Below, in pieces: positions 1 through 13,905 of a stretch of 64,000 bases of DNA. A program made the position numbers and the translations under genes. How positions within the stretch are numbered: position 1 is the first letter of the stretch; each line of letters begins with the position of its first letter. Origin of the DNA: Octopus bimaculoides. Its lineage: Eukaryota. Location: NCBI RefSeq assembly GCF_001194135.2, contig NC_068982.1, positions 151,132,317 to 151,196,316 on the forward strand. The letters run 5' to 3'. The notes under the pieces are model-generated. The model had not been told where the DNA came from. It ran no database searches and worked only from the letters and a program-made list of their open reading frames with translations.

Positions 1-116
1 GGGGCTAAAAGCAACAGTAACATCCACCCCTAGGGGTCAGCCACACTTAAGTGGCAATATACTACACTTTATCGTGCAGTTACTGTTAATACTTCATTTA
101 GAGAATTAACATTGCT

Positions 117-122
117 TATATA

Positions 123-157
<35 letters not shown>

Positions 158-208
158 CATGTATGTATGTATGTATGTATGTATGTATGTATGTATGTAT
201 GTATATAT
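117..208. repeat. (TA)n + (TATG)n compound microsatellite
   Basis: Directly visible tandem runs. Confidence 0.95.
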
Positions 209-639
209 ACTTATGTACCTTAATGTAGGTTTTTGCTTCAAAAACGATCGAGGTAAATTCCAAATTTTATGTGCGTCATGTGCTCGATAACATTAAGAAA
301 TCGTTACAATTTTTCTCCACTCTTAACAGCAAAATTGGTTTTTTTAATTCATTCTCTGGATACTTTAGATAGAAGCAAGAAATATATTGTAAATTAAAAC
401 ACGACTGTCATAATCGCAATACTTGTATCTTATTTTAGCGGGGAAGTAATTCATTCAACGGACAACTAACAATATTGTTTTTACGCCAACGGAGTAACCA
501 AAATTTTTATAACATTTTCTCTTACTCCTTTTCCCCAGTGTTATATGGCCCATAGGTAATAATTGTGCTAGAATTTTAAAAAAAATGTACTCAGAATCTT
601 CTCTTTACTGCTTCTGTGTAGAACTGCATTTTAATCCTA

Positions 640-1650
640 TTTTTCATTGAAAGTTCATTAATCAAACGTTCATGGCCTCATCTTCTTTAATATGTTAATT
701 TTATATATTAATAATTGTACCTTTATAAATATATCTTTATAATGAAGCAAGCTTGCGAGCGACATAAAGTATTCTTTTTGTTTTAATTTAAAGCCTTTAT
801 AGTATTTATTATCTATTGCAATCCATTTTAAACTTAACAAAAACTATCTGATTGATACAGTCTGCAAGTTAGAAGTATACCTTAATTTATAGATGACATA
901 TATAAATTGCATTTAAACATTGACATAATCTATTGAAATAATTCTCAATAACATAGTCTTGAATACTTGAAAATACAGCTGTTACTAAAGAATTTCAGAA
1001 TACTTTGTAGAAGGAATAAAGTGAACTTTCATTTCACTCTCATCCACAGGTAATTTAAAGAAGTTATCTAAATAAACTTGGTTTAATGCTTCTTTAAAAC
1101 TGATTGTTACAGATACCTGTTGTTCTATGGCGTCTATTAAGAAACTAGAAAAATCATTTCTTAATTTACTTTCAACTTTAAATTATAACGAAATTGATTT
1201 CAGTTAATCTTTGATGTTGTCGTCAAATATGATGCACACTTTCAATTTATTCAATTTTCGGTGTGAAACAAGATTTGTTTGAAAGTTGGGTGTTAGAAAA
1301 TCAAGAAATTCATTTGATTGTTTTCAAATGTAATCTTGTGGGAAAATTTTGTTACGGAAGATGATTTGAAAGAGAAAGTGAACACAGAACCAAATAATGT
1401 CATTGGTTATAACTTAAATACAGAAATGCTTACTAAAATTTGTTTACCAATTTCCTGTGTCTACCCAAGTGTTGTATGCAGCTCTTACAGTTCTGAACAA
1501 AATCTATTCCTATCTCTCTCTATATATGATATATATACTTCACATTCTGGTGTGTATTCATCCTGTATTTTGTTAACAGGAACATAGAATGAAGATTGTG
1601 AAATATTCCATCTTTGAATCTTATTCTAGGTTCAACTTATTTTTTGGTTT
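640..1650 (-). mobile_element. Possible highly decayed hAT-family transposase remnant
   Basis: Manual minus-strand translation gives, in the expected order, IQRWN (cf. TRWNS), LIF*HPTFK (cf. AxxLHPxFK) and a weak C-terminal dimerisation-like segment. Many stops and frameshifts. Confidence 0.3.
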
Positions 1651-1974
1651 ATCAATTTCTATACAACCGTATTGCCACTTACAGTGTTCAGAAATATGTT
1701 CACCTTCAGTAAAACTTTGAAGCAGACTTGTTTTACCGGAAACATTCAACTATATGTCTATCTCAGGAGCAGAAATCACATATAACTTACATATCTATGT
1801 AGTCTGATATTAATAATGGAGGGAGAAATAAGTTGTAATGTTTATATCTTGTCTAACAGCTTTATCTGATTGGCTGAACATGCATCGGAAACAGAAAGCA
1901 GGATATGGCCTAACTTTTCTGTAGCTAATGTCTATATTTAAATGCCACTAAATAACACGGTCCTTTCATTGTTC

Positions 1975-2050
1975 GACCAGCTAGAAATAACCGTCAAGTC
2001 TCCCTCAAATTACATCCAAGCGTCCTAAAGTGAAACAAAACATTGGATAT
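1975..2050 (+). mobile_element. Old SINE-like repeat 'family B', core fragment
   Basis: gaccagctagaaataaccgtcaagtctccctcaaattacatcc...cattggata. The same motif (ctagaaatagcagccaaatctccctcaaatcacac...cattggataatgtag) recurs at about 26657, 37531, 39262, 39810 and 49738. Confidence 0.6.
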
Positions 2051-2835
2051 AAATCTGCTATAAATCACATCTTTAGCAAGTTGCTTAATTGAGTCCTTGC
2101 TATACTGTTTGAATAAAAGACAGAAAAGAAATTATGTTGGATAAGGGATTACCAGCTACAATAACAGCAATGTAAAAACTTTCTTCTATAGGCATACAGC
2201 GTTTCATTTACCAGATAGGATAAATGAAATTGAGGAACGTTAATTTCTACTCCAAAGGTAATGTTGACACAGGAAAAAGTGGTTCTCAATCGGAATCGAA
2301 ATCAGTTCGATGAAATAAGATACTGAAAGTTTGGTTATACTGAATGGTGTTATTTGGTTGCATTTATATTTAATCAGCTTTTCGAAAACATTTATCAATT
2401 AAATACCAACACACATTATTACATACCTCAATTAATTTTAGGGAAAGAAACCGGATCCGAAAATCCAGTAGTTTCCTATAGTTTATCACCTGCCTATCTG
2501 TTGTTTATATACTGTTGTTTACCTAAATTGTTTACTGGCCAAGACTATTGCTGTTTACATATCTACTTTGTTTATATATTTACCTAATTACCTACCTACA
2601 TTGCTCAGTTAAATAGCTCCAAAAGCATGTTTAGCTACTCACCACCATGAGTCTAATGTTCTCTTTCTACATTCCTACCTTGTTTTGATATCTTTCTTCA
2701 GCTCTTTACAGATTTAACAATCTATCTCCTTTGATTAGTTACCTCTCGCAGTAATCTACTGATCTACGATCCTTCGATCTGAAAATTTTGTTTATATCTA
2801 GGTTTGTTACTTATCGCTAGTTGTCTAATGTGTTA

Positions 2836-2957
2836 ACCTACCTACCTACCTACCTACCTACCTACCTACCTACCTACCTACCTACCTACCGACCTACCTA
2901 CCGACCGACCGACCTACCTACCTACCTACCTACCTACCTACCTACCTACTTACCTAC
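2836..2957. repeat. (CCTA)n tetranucleotide microsatellite with CCGA variants
   Basis: Visible; explains the TYLP-repeat ORF 2821..3066. Confidence 0.95.
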
Positions 2958-3089
2958 TGCAATTTACCTCATAGACTTAAATATCGCAACTTGCATACTA
3001 CGCCACACATTTATCTCTTTATATATGTATATTCACCGGTTATTTCCAATTTCGTGTTATCACTAACCATTAATTCCTGACATCGTTTC

Positions 3090-3430
3090 TTTCATATTAC
3101 TGTACCTTGTGACAGTTCCCAAACACTGCTTCGTTTTAATTTATAGGAAAGAAAGTTTGCAGCCCCTGACATTGGCCACTTGTCATCTTTGCTTGGCATT
3201 ATCATAAGGAACACAGGTTACACTTCTGGGATGCTCTATCCAGCCTTCAACCATGTGATATTGTCATCATCACGGAACGGATAGATAAGGTTCTGTTTGT
3301 AACTCAGTTTGGCGCAAATAGCGCGTCTTGTCTTTTCCACCTGCTTTCTCATTGCAGCTATTTGCGACCTTGTTGCCATACCAATTTGGTTTTCACTTTT
3401 TTCACAGGCCCCAAGATAGATACACACATC
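3090..3430 (-). mobile_element. Decayed Penelope-like GIY-YIG endonuclease fragment
   Basis: Across frameshifts: IYLGACE (cf. YIG.T), WYGNK, NITW, DRAS, QKCNLC, KLKRS...CH. This is the motif order of the PLE endonuclease C-terminus (I.W.I....Y....CNLC..EK...LNKRSE...C.H). Confidence 0.4.
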
Positions 3431-4352
3431 ACCAGAAGTATTTCTATTTTACTCGGTGCCTTTCTTCTGAGTTACTTTCATTAGAAAGTACGTTTACTAC
3501 TTTATATTTAGACACACTTGAATATTTACTTAATTGTATACGCAACTTGGTACTAATCACTTAAAGGTATTCACATAGTTTGGTTCATATTAACACAATA
3601 CTAGGTGCTGATACTGATTTAAAGGTATACACACGTACGTCAGATATTGCTCATATTCACATGAATGAAAGCTCAAATTCGCTCCCCTGCTTCTTAAGGA
3701 GCACATTCTTGTATTAAAACACATCTATATTACAATTTCCTGTAAAACTACCTTTCTATCCTATTTTTCTTCGTTGCTTTTAATCAAAATGTCTGTTGGG
3801 GGAATAGAGTAACAGGAAGCCTAGCCTAGATTCCATCTCTAAAACTTTAGGTCATGATCTCTGCTATCACGATAACTGTTTTATTCAGAAATGTTTTACA
3901 ATAAAAACAGAAAAAGTTTTAGGTGCTTTTCAATCAGCTCTGCCTATCTTGACGCTATTATCTTTAACTTCTTCCTCTGACTTCTTTTATAAAAGTAGAC
4001 AACGGGGTTAACTCGATAGCTGCTGTCTAGCGTTCGAAAGAGGAACCTATTTGAGACATTTAGCTGTTGGCCTTAGGACAGTAGTAGCTATCGATGTTAC
4101 TGTCACAACACTACTTTTTCTATCACTACCTATCAACAACTACCACCATCTCCTCCTTCAACAATAAACAAGCATGTTCTGTTGTCTATACATATACATA
4201 CATCTTCACTTCGTATCAAAAACAATGTCATCAACTTGTCTATTGCAAACACAAACTGCCAAATAGGTAAGCCAAATATATTTACACGGACACATACACA
4301 ATTTCAATGATGCACTACTAACAGTTTAATTAACGCATTTATATATATATAT

Positions 4353-4388
<36 letters not shown>

Positions 4389-4602
4389 NNNNNNNNNNNN
4401 NNNNNNNNNNNNNNNNNNNNNNNNNNNNNNNNNNNNNNNNNNNNNNNNNNNNNNNNNNNNNNNNNNNNNNNNNNNNNNNNNNNNNNNNNNNNNNNNNNNN
4501 NNNNNNNNNNNNNNNNNNNNNNNNNNNNNNNNNNNNNNNNNNNNNNNNNNNNNNNNNNNNNNNNNNNNNNNNNNNNNNNNNNNNNNNNNNNNNNNNNNNN
4601 NN
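4389..4602. other. Assembly gap (N run) beside a (TA)n tract
   Basis: N bases. Confidence 0.99.
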
Positions 4603-5449
4603 TAAGCAACAAGAATATCCAGAAGTAATGCAGTACGATCGTTTCAAGCAACTCCATTTAATTGTACAATGCAACCATTACATCAATTTAAATGCAGACC
4701 AATCCTCAGCTGCATAAAGACATAGAATTTAATTAAATTAAAACAGATGGACACATTAGTATAATTTTACCCAAAATCTCCAAGAAGGTAAGGAGACAGA
4801 CAAAGAACATACTGCCTTCACTTTAGCTTAGAAGCTACTAAGGTATCAGGAAGAAAGACTTGTTACAGATTTTGCTTGTCACTGTTTTATGGGGTCAGTT
4901 TTAATTTATAGACTAGTTTTATCAAATCTTTGTATATATATATATATATATATATACACTGCAGTTTTCATTACCAAAAGTATTTTGACTGTTTTCTCTC
5001 TGATGTGGCTCAAATTATAGTTTTGTATCATATATCATACTTAATATAAATATATCGTTGAAAGGCAAATTGACTGCAGTATTTGTCTGGAGATAATATC
5101 TTCCATGGACGTGTTGTATTTAAAATCATAATATATGTGAGTAGTATAAAGTGAGAAGGCCAGATGCATTTCTGCTTTCTGGGCGTTGTCAATGGCGTGT
5201 ACTCACAGCTTGCGTTGTCAATGGCGTGTACCAGCTTAGACGAAATTTGTTGCAACTAAAATATAGGGAAGCTGTGAATAAACGTCAGTAATGTTGCGAA
5301 GAGCTGAGTAAAAATCTTATACTGATTCTGTTGCACAAAATGGCTTCTTATTCGCTACACACACTATTTCAACTAAATGTTTCACTGTCGTTTGAACATG
5401 TATTTCTTTGTTTCGAAGAAATCTTAGTAGCGACTTTAACCAATTCAGA

Positions 5450-5480
<31 letters not shown>

Positions 5481-5565
5481 NNNNNNNNNNNNNNNNNNNN
5501 NNNNNNNNNNNNNNNNNNNNNNNNNNNNNNNNNNNNNNNNNNNNNNNNNNNNNNNNNNNNNNNNN
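5481..5565. other. Assembly gap between (CT)n and (TA)n
   Basis: N bases. Confidence 0.99.
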
Positions 5566-5605
<40 letters not shown>

Positions 5606-7029
5606 CGCGTGGCCTTCAACTGAACAGATGTGCACGGAATGGAAAATATATTTTTTAAAATAGCTTACGTAGTAAGCCTAGCTGATGAGCTTTAAGTGTC
5701 TTTGGCACAGAAAGCGAAATCAATTAGTAGTGGGATATCTAATCTCCTATTTGTAGTTTTACAAATAGGACGACTATTTTTTTAGTATATTTGCTACATT
5801 CTCCGTGCGTGTTTACATATAGTGAGAGATGCGTGGCTTTGGAGAGTTTTAACTCTTCTCTCTAGTAAACAGGTGCATATTTTACCCTGACTTTTAATAT
5901 ATATTTTGCACATTTGCCTATTTGGTTATGTTTGCTGGCCACATTATCATATTCGCACGTCTCTACATGTTCACTCACGTATACATACCTCCTCATTTAG
6001 ATATCTCTGAATCTCTCGTATCCACGTTTCACATGTTTGCACACATTTATGTTATAATGAAGATGAGGTATTTCAGCTATTTTTACTTTCTAATTAAATG
6101 TTATGTTTTTTTCATACTTCCTGTTAACAAAAATACACTTAATTTTCTCTTCCTATTTACATCACTGTTTTAGCATTCCCCCACTCATGTATTCATGCTT
6201 ATTACTTTACATCGTTTTCTCTGTGGCTGTAATTTCTAAAGTTTTATTAAATGTACACCAAGTAAATTTACATCGTTGATTTTTTCATAAAAAAAAACAT
6301 AAAGGCAAAGATAGTCAATTCTTCGGTGAAATTAAAAAGAATAACTAATTTACACTTTATTTGAACAACTAACTGTAATTATATTTATATCACAAACCCA
6401 TTATTTTGGCGAAGGAGTAAGGACCTTGTCGCAGGGATTTGAATGCTGTGCAATGTTGAAAATAACTGTTAGTCGGAAAATTATCAATTCAATATCCCAA
6501 CAAACGAACAAAGATAACTTATAATTGAATACGGGACATTATAATGTACAGCAACAAACGACTGTCTTTCTATTTGCCACAGAGGGAGACGAAATTAAAG
6601 GGTACAGCAAAAAAAATCTCACTTCACGTCAAAATTGAAGTTTTACAGTACAGCAACGACCACAGGTTCCGTTTAGGTCACAATACAAGATAATACATGG
6701 TATAGTAAGAAACAACTCTTTATGACACAATATTATAAACATATTATAAAGTACTGCAACATGCAGTGCCTCTTTTCATCTCAGCATGTTGACACTGAGT
6801 GAGTAAGTACAGAGTACTATTGATTCAGAGTCACATAAAGTCACAGTAGTGCACACACACATACACATATATGTACACATTATTAAATGCACTTCCTACC
6901 TACATTTCGTCCCAGCTCAGGAAAGTAACTCAAATAGGGTTTTAAATACACAATGAGTAGTTGTGGTAGTGTGGAGACGGTGACGGCGAAGGTGCCGTTG
7001 CTGTCGATAAAGGTAACTGGAAGATCATA

Positions 7030-7077
7030 CAGAGAAAGAGTGAGATAAAGAGAGAAAGAGAGAGAGAGAGAGAGGGG

Positions 7078-7150
<73 letters not shown>
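7030..7150. repeat. (GA)n microsatellite
   Basis: Visible. Confidence 0.95.
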
Positions 7151-7151
<1 letters not shown>

Positions 7152-7550
7152 GAAAACAGAGTGGAAAGCAGAAAGAGATAAAGTTGAGGGAGACAAAACA
7201 TGAGAGAAAAGGAGAAATAGCGAAAAAAAAAAGAGGATATTAAAGGTATAAAAGTGTTAGCTGTTGTGATGATGCTTCTTTATCGTTTGTAGAGGCAACT
7301 GTCTGTTCGTTGTCTGTAGTGATGATGGCAGTGAGACATTACTTGACAACAGTTACAGCAAGAAGAGGCATGCATTAAATCATACGGTATATTTCTAAAT
7401 TTCAGTTCATAAAATTACAGTTTGCCATCAATTCTTTTCTACTGGCAACCTCACCTTCCTCTCCCACTGCCACCACTAACTCCTTTATCTAACATCCTGC
7501 CAGCATCATCACCACAACAATCTATTACAGTTCCCGCTGTGTGTATGTGT

Positions 7551-7582
<32 letters not shown>

Positions 7583-8234
7583 ATCGGTAATAATGAGGTT
7601 AGTCAGAAGAAATGAAGGAATGTATCCTTCGTTTATATAAACGTACAGAAAGTCTTCAAATTTCTCAATGAAATGAAATGGAATAAAATAAAATAAAGTA
7701 ATATAAAGTAGAATATTTACGTTATTACATTTAAGAATATCCGGTCAAGCGCTTAAGAATGCTTATGCTTCTATTGAAAGGAAGAACAATTTTCTATATG
7801 CACAGAAGAGTAGACGCACATGAGAGTTGTTAGGGTGCTGCACGAATTAAATAACATGAAACAGTTATGTGACGACGTTCTAGGGCCAACAATAGTTGAG
7901 AGAAGACAATACATTGACAAAAGGATGATCACGTCACTAAGTATTACAACATCAAATATATCACAAAATATCTCTGACACAACATGTCATACCATATATA
8001 TTACATCATATCTGTTACCCCTTCTCTATCACATTAGGTATGTCGTACTTTATAAAACACTTCAATATTTCCTATCTCATATTTTTTTTACAAAAAGAAA
8101 AAAACGTGGACATTATCTCAGAAAATAACTGCCAAGTCTTACTTTAATGTCTTACTAAAAGGAAAGCAAAGATATATCCAATTTCATTTCTCATAGTCAA
8201 CAATGTAAATCTCGATGGGACTTGCATTAGACCC

Positions 8235-8307
8235 AATCAATCTTAATAAAACTAATCAATCTCAATAAAATTAATCAATCGTGATAAAACTGATCAATCT
8301 TAATAAA
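8235..8307. repeat. 19-bp minisatellite, about 3.8 copies (aatcaatcttaataaaact)
   Basis: Units start at 8235, 8254, 8273 and 8292 with 1-2 mismatches each. Confidence 0.85.
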
Positions 8308-8586
8308 TGTAGTCGGTTTAAAAATACTCCAGCTTAGCTAGGAACTTCTGAACTACATTATAAAACGACATCTTCAGATGCTGAATAATATATAACTCTG
8401 GGCAGTTTATAACTTTGAGTAAATGAGAAATTAAGTAGAAAAGGAACTTTTGTGCTCACAGTTTCAAAGGTAAAAGACAATCTGAATTGTTCAATAACAT
8501 TCATCTCATATTCTTAAGTACTGTATTTATTTTCGACGCTACTCTTCAGCCTGTTCGATGTAAGATAGTCTTCAGATCTTTATATT

Positions 8587-8587
<1 letters not shown>

Positions 8588-8657
<70 letters not shown>

Positions 8658-8697
8658 GCACGCATGCACGCAAGCACGCACGCACGCNNNNNNNNNN
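8588..8697. repeat. (CA)n/(CACG)n tract ending in a 10-N gap (8688-8697)
   Basis: Visible. Confidence 0.95.
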
Positions 8698-8888
8698 GCT
8701 TAGCGGTATTTCGTCTGCCGCTACGTTCTGAGTTCAAATTCCGCCGAGGTCGACTTTGCCTTTCATCCTTTCGAGGTCGATTAAATAAGTACCAGTTACG
8801 CACTGGAGTCGGTATAATCGACTTAATCCGTTTGTCTGTCCTTGTTTGTCCCCTCTGTGTATAGTCCCTTGTGGGTAGTAAAGAAATA
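8698..8888 (+). mobile_element. tRNA-derived SINE 'family A' (5' end lost in the gap)
   Basis: B-box-like gagttcaaattcc followed by ccgaggtcgactttgcctttcatcctttcgaggtcg...gtaccagttacgcactgg. Matches the copies at 42433-43320 and 48285-48566. Confidence 0.85.
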
Positions 8889-9719
8889 ACACACACACAC
8901 ACTCGTATCGGTGTACATACACATATGGACGCACGTTAGTCAACTCTGTTTTTTCGTTTTACGTCAGTCTTCCATGAGCTCTCTTTCCCCCTCTGCTTCA
9001 GTCTGGTTCTCTTTCTCCCTCTCTCTCTCTATCGTTGTCTCTCTATCGTTCTCTCTCTGCCTGTTTTTCTGTATCGTTCTCTATGTCTATCTTTCTCCCT
9101 TTGTCCATCGTTCTCTCCTCGACTCTCTTTCTTTCTTCAGTCCTCCCATTCTTTCTCTGCCTCAGTCTACTTCTTTCTTTCGTTCTTTCTTTTGTCTTTC
9201 ATTCTTTCTTACTTTCTCTCGTCCGCTCTTCCTCTGACATACACCATTTTCTCACTCATCTTTCTTAGACGAAAATGTGTAGACAGTATAGATTAGAAAA
9301 ATGTAATTATTAAATTTTTTCATTTTAAAATCAGATCTTTGCAAAATACCACGGAGGGTAAAAAATAATTTATTTTTTAATTGCTTCACATTTAAATGAT
9401 ATTATGCTTTATTAATTTTTATGCTTGAAATACACAAATAAAACAGTCACACATACACATATAAATCTATGCAAATATAACATACAAAAACAAAACAAAC
9501 TTGCCAGACGTTCAGTCATTGAGACTAACAAGAAAGAACAGTTTCTATATATCGGTACGAGGGCAACGCCGCGTGCCTCGGCTCGTTCGAAATATATAGC
9601 GTGTTGAGATATCAGTTATGATAAATATATATATAATATAAATAATATATAAATATATGCATACATATATGTACATACCTACATATATATGTATATATAC
9701 ATGCATATATGGGTACAAG

Positions 9720-9960
9720 ACATAAAAAAACGTGGACAGGAGAAACAAAAACATAAAAAACAAAAACATAAAAAATGAACTTTTTTTTCGAACAACGAAA
9801 ATAACAAACAACCAGAGAAACGAGACAGGCAACATAAAGAACATTCCCTTCATCAGTTGTCCTCTGTTTTATCTACTCCGCGTTTCGAAGGTAAGGACAA
9901 GACGCGACTTCGTTAAAACAGTCCTTCCCGCAAAGCAAATTAAATAAAATTTAGGATTTT
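9720..9960 (-). mobile_element. Unclassified interspersed repeat, possibly a PLE terminal-repeat remnant
   Basis: Minus strand carries both hammerhead core words (cgaaacgcg and ctgatgaag) within 50 nt, plus a T-rich tract. No second copy in the window to confirm. Confidence 0.3.
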
Positions 9961-10025
9961 TTGCGGAGGGTGAAAATGGTATATATGTAGGTATGTACAC
10001 ACACACACATATATATATATATATA

Positions 10026-10854
10026 NNNNNNNNNNNNNNNNNNNNNNNNNNNNNNNNNNNNNNNNNNNNNNNNNNNNNNNNNNNNNNNNNNNNNNNNNNN
10101 NNNNNNNNNNNNNNNNNNNNNNNNNNNNNNNNNNNNNNNNNNNNNNNNNNNNNNNNNNNNNNNNNNNNNNNNNNNNNNNNNNNNNNNNNNNNNNNNNNNN
10201 NNNNNNNNNNNNNNNNNNNNNNNNNNNNNNNNNNNNNNNNNNNNNNNNNNNNNNNNNNNNNNNNNNNNNNNNNNNNNNNNNNNNNNNNNNNNNNNNNNNN
10301 NNNNNNNNNNNNNNNNNNNNNNNNNNNNNNNNNNNNNNNNNNNNNNNNNNNNNNNNNNNNNNNNNNNNNNNNNNNNNNNNNNNNNNNNNNNNNNNNNNNN
10401 NNNNNNNNNNNNNNNNNNNNNNNNNNNNNNNNNNNNNNNNNNNNNNNNNNNNNNNNNNNNNNNNNNNNNNNNNNNNNNNNNNNNNNNNNNNNNNNNNNNN
10501 NNNNNNNNNNNNNNNNNNNNNNNNNNNNNNNNNNNNNNNNNNNNNNNNNNNNNNNNNNNNNNNNNNNNNNNNNNNNNNNNNNNNNNNNNNNNNNNNNNNN
10601 NNNNNNNNNNNNNNNNNNNNNNNNNNNNNNNNNNNNNNNNNNNNNNNNNNNNNNNNNNNNNNNNNNNNNNNNNNNNNNNNNNNNNNNNNNNNNNNNNNNN
10701 NNNNNNNNNNNNNNNNNNNNNNNNNNNNNNNNNNNNNNNNNNNNNNNNNNNNNNNNNNNNNNNNNNNNNNNNNNNNNNNNNNNNNNNNNNNNNNNNNNNN
10801 NNNNNNNNNNNNNNNNNNNNNNNNNNNNNNNNNNNNNNNNNNNNNNNNNNNNNN
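10026..10854. other. Assembly gap flanked by (TA)n
   Basis: N bases. Confidence 0.99.
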
Positions 10855-10913
10855 ATATATATATATGTGTGTGTATAAAGGATGGGAATATAGATTATGA
10901 AATTATGAAATTA

Positions 10914-11010
10914 TACATACATACATGCATACATACATACATACATACATACATGCATGCATGCATGCATACATACATACATACATACATGCATGCATGG
11001 ATGCATACAC
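10914..11010. repeat. (CATA)n/(CATG)n microsatellite
   Basis: Visible. Confidence 0.9.
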
Positions 11011-11319
11011 ACACATATAAACACATGAAGCGTCCAATGTCATGAATATCAAAATGAAATACTTATAATTATATTTACGACATAGTAGGGAATATATGAA
11101 AATATGAAGAAATGCAGAAAACATCCAATATATTAATTATTGATTTTATTTGATTCGGTTTATCATGTATTTTGTAAGGGTGGGGATGAGGGATATGTGT
11201 AACAAGATCGAAACAAATATCTGGGACCTTTTCGCCGACCATTTTTAATCGTAAATCAGACTTAATAGTAGATGCAAGAAATACATCGGTAGCCGCGTCT
11301 AGCTGCAATGGTCTCAATC

Positions 11320-11405
11320 TGTTGTTGTTGCTGCTGCTGCTACTGTTTAGCTCCAGGTAGGTACTGACTCAGACATATGATCACAAAAACATTCCAGTCG
11401 TAACT
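11320..11405 (-). mobile_element. Family B SINE-like 3' end with (CAA/CAG)n tail
   Basis: Reverse complement resembles the 3' parts of the copies at 39400-39470 and 49885-49950 (tttgatc...ctc...ctgg.gctaaac.aaca). Confidence 0.45.
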
Positions 11406-11993
11406 ATTTAATTCTTTAGGCTCTGGAAAGGACGTTTGGGACGTTTTCTAAAATGACATTAGCTGCATATATGAAGTGATTCGATATTTAACTAGGAACC
11501 AAAACAGACTGATCTGGTCTGAATCACACGTCTCATTCAGTAGGGATGAATCCACAATAAGAAACAAATTTATTGTTTAGGTTACCATCTAATGTCTTTC
11601 TTTTGGGTATAATTGGCAAGATGAAGAGAATTTTTGAATTTGGTTGCGAGACTGATACTTCTTTCTATAATAATAACAAAAAATAATTTCTAACAGAGAC
11701 AAGGTCTACAAGCGTTGGTACAAGGAAGGGTAAAATAAATGGATGCATTACTTGACTTGTACTAAGTTTATCGATCCAGGAAGGAGGAAAGAGAACGATG
11801 ATACTAGAATTGTTGAAATGAGATACTTTAATGAATTCTAGCCAATGTTCTAGTGATCTTGATATTTACAGTGTCCAGGAATAAGAGAAAGATGAGAAAT
11901 ATCGCGATAAAAGTGCGAGAAATATATATAGTAAATATAGCAATGCAATAGGTGGAAATAAAATATCACTAGAGAGGGGAGGTGTATATATAG

Positions 11994-11994
11994 C

Positions 11995-12090
<96 letters not shown>

Positions 12091-12160
12091 AAGAGAGAGA
12101 GAGAGGTAAGAGAGAGAAACGTTGAGGGAGAATGAGAGAGATAAAGAGAGAGAAAAAGCG
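11994..12160. repeat. (GA)n microsatellite
   Basis: Visible. Confidence 0.95.
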
Positions 12161-13802
12161 AGAAAACAGTGATGAAATATAAAGACTATTAAAAGCATTA
12201 GTAAAAGTTGGCGGCAAAAATAAATAGGTAAATAAATAAATAAATAGAATATTTCAAAAGGTGATATGGCTAATATATTCTGTAAGAATGACAAGTAACG
12301 AATTGTAAAATACATAGATTCTAAGAAGTGTTTCATATTAAATATTTATCTGAAGAAATATTTTGGCAGCTAATTGAATGATGTTTCAGATGATTACCTA
12401 ACGGATAAAAACAAATATAAATATACAAAAAACAAAAAAACACATTCATTTAATCTTCCCCAGCCTGCATATCCCATAAACAATAACTTCGTACACCATT
12501 CACTTGCTCAGTTTTAATGTTTTTACGAGATGTTGTCTCTGAAATAATTATGCCTTGCTTAGATTATTGAAACTTACAGAAGGAGTATACTCTCTTTATT
12601 CCTATTTCTTTAATTTTGAATCAGCACAGTACAGAAAGCGTAAAAATTGAAGGAATAACATACTTACTTCCTTTGTATTTATACAAAGTGCGTGGATTGT
12701 GAAAGACCGAGAAATGATCAGAGAGAAAGATGGTGAAAAACATGTGGTCGGATCAATAGCGGGAAAGATAGAGTGGGGGAAACGCGTGTAGCTGTGCACA
12801 GACGATCTCCCTAGGCTATGGATTGTGATTGAGTTATCCAAATTAGAATGTTTGACTTTTAATTACATTTCTTAGAAATAAATGTGTTGTTTGTATAATC
12901 TAGGCTAGAAGATAACATACTTCGTTACACTTCATATTGTTTATTTATCTATTTTTTGTAATAAACACGCAGACACTACTGATTCTTCCTTCTTACTGGA
13001 AACATGAGTAAATATAAATAGTCAGTGGAACTAACATTGTAATAATATTGGTATCTAGCAAATAACAGTTAGGCAATTTCCTGGATGTTTTTACTCGATC
13101 CCAGGAATTACATTATCGTTCCTCACATTGCTTTGGAACAAATTATGATAATAACAGAAAGAGAAAGAGCATAAGTAGATTTTTCTTAGATATTTTCTTA
13201 TCTGAACTAAACATCTGTATTCTGAACGTCGTAATCACAATTTAACCTCCCAATAATAATGTTATCTTTTCGCATTGTCCTTTACACAAATAAAGAACAG
13301 ATACAAAAATGTAACAGCAGTAGCAACAACAGCAACAAGAACTAGAAACAACCATCATAACAACATCAACAAAAATAACAGGAAAACAATGACAGAGACA
13401 ATAGAAACATAAACAGAAAGCAACAACAAACAACAAGCAAGAAGCAGAACAACAGCAACAACAATAATAATAGTAATGATAATAGTAACAATGATAATAG
13501 TGATAATAATAACGAAGTATTTTTGTTTGTATTATAAAATCTCATATTTCACCAATCAGTGGAATGTGGCTTTACAGATGTCCAATTTCAATGTAAGTCG
13601 TTCTACAAAATTTAAAGATAAACTTTGTTGAAGAAAATCACCATGATCAATTTGAACTGGTCTCTATTTAATTAACCGTGATTAACATCTATAGAAATGT
13701 ACTTATTTCTTTTAATATAAATCGATTATTTCTTCTAGGTTAAACATTTCGGACTATTTTTATTATGCTATATAACACAAAACAGTATCCGAATACATTT
13801 GT

Positions 13803-13829
13803 AAACACACACACATACACGCGCGCGCA

Positions 13830-13892
<63 letters not shown>

Positions 13893-13905
13893 ACACGCAC
13901 GCACG
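13803..13905. repeat. (CA)n microsatellite
   Basis: Visible. Confidence 0.95.

Noticed and set aside
5182-5231. 20-bp direct repeat gcgttgtcaatggcgtgtac x2
   Set aside because: A simple local duplication of about 29 bp, with only two copies and no wider structure.
7265-7400. C/D snoRNA (two gtgatga boxes)
   Set aside because: No suitably placed CTGA D box or terminal stem.
12602-12841. Minus-strand exon ending at a GTAAGT donor (12667); similar donors at 45683 and 49695
   Set aside because: No convincing acceptor or recognisable peptide, and such hexamers are expected many times by chance in 64 kb of AT-rich DNA.
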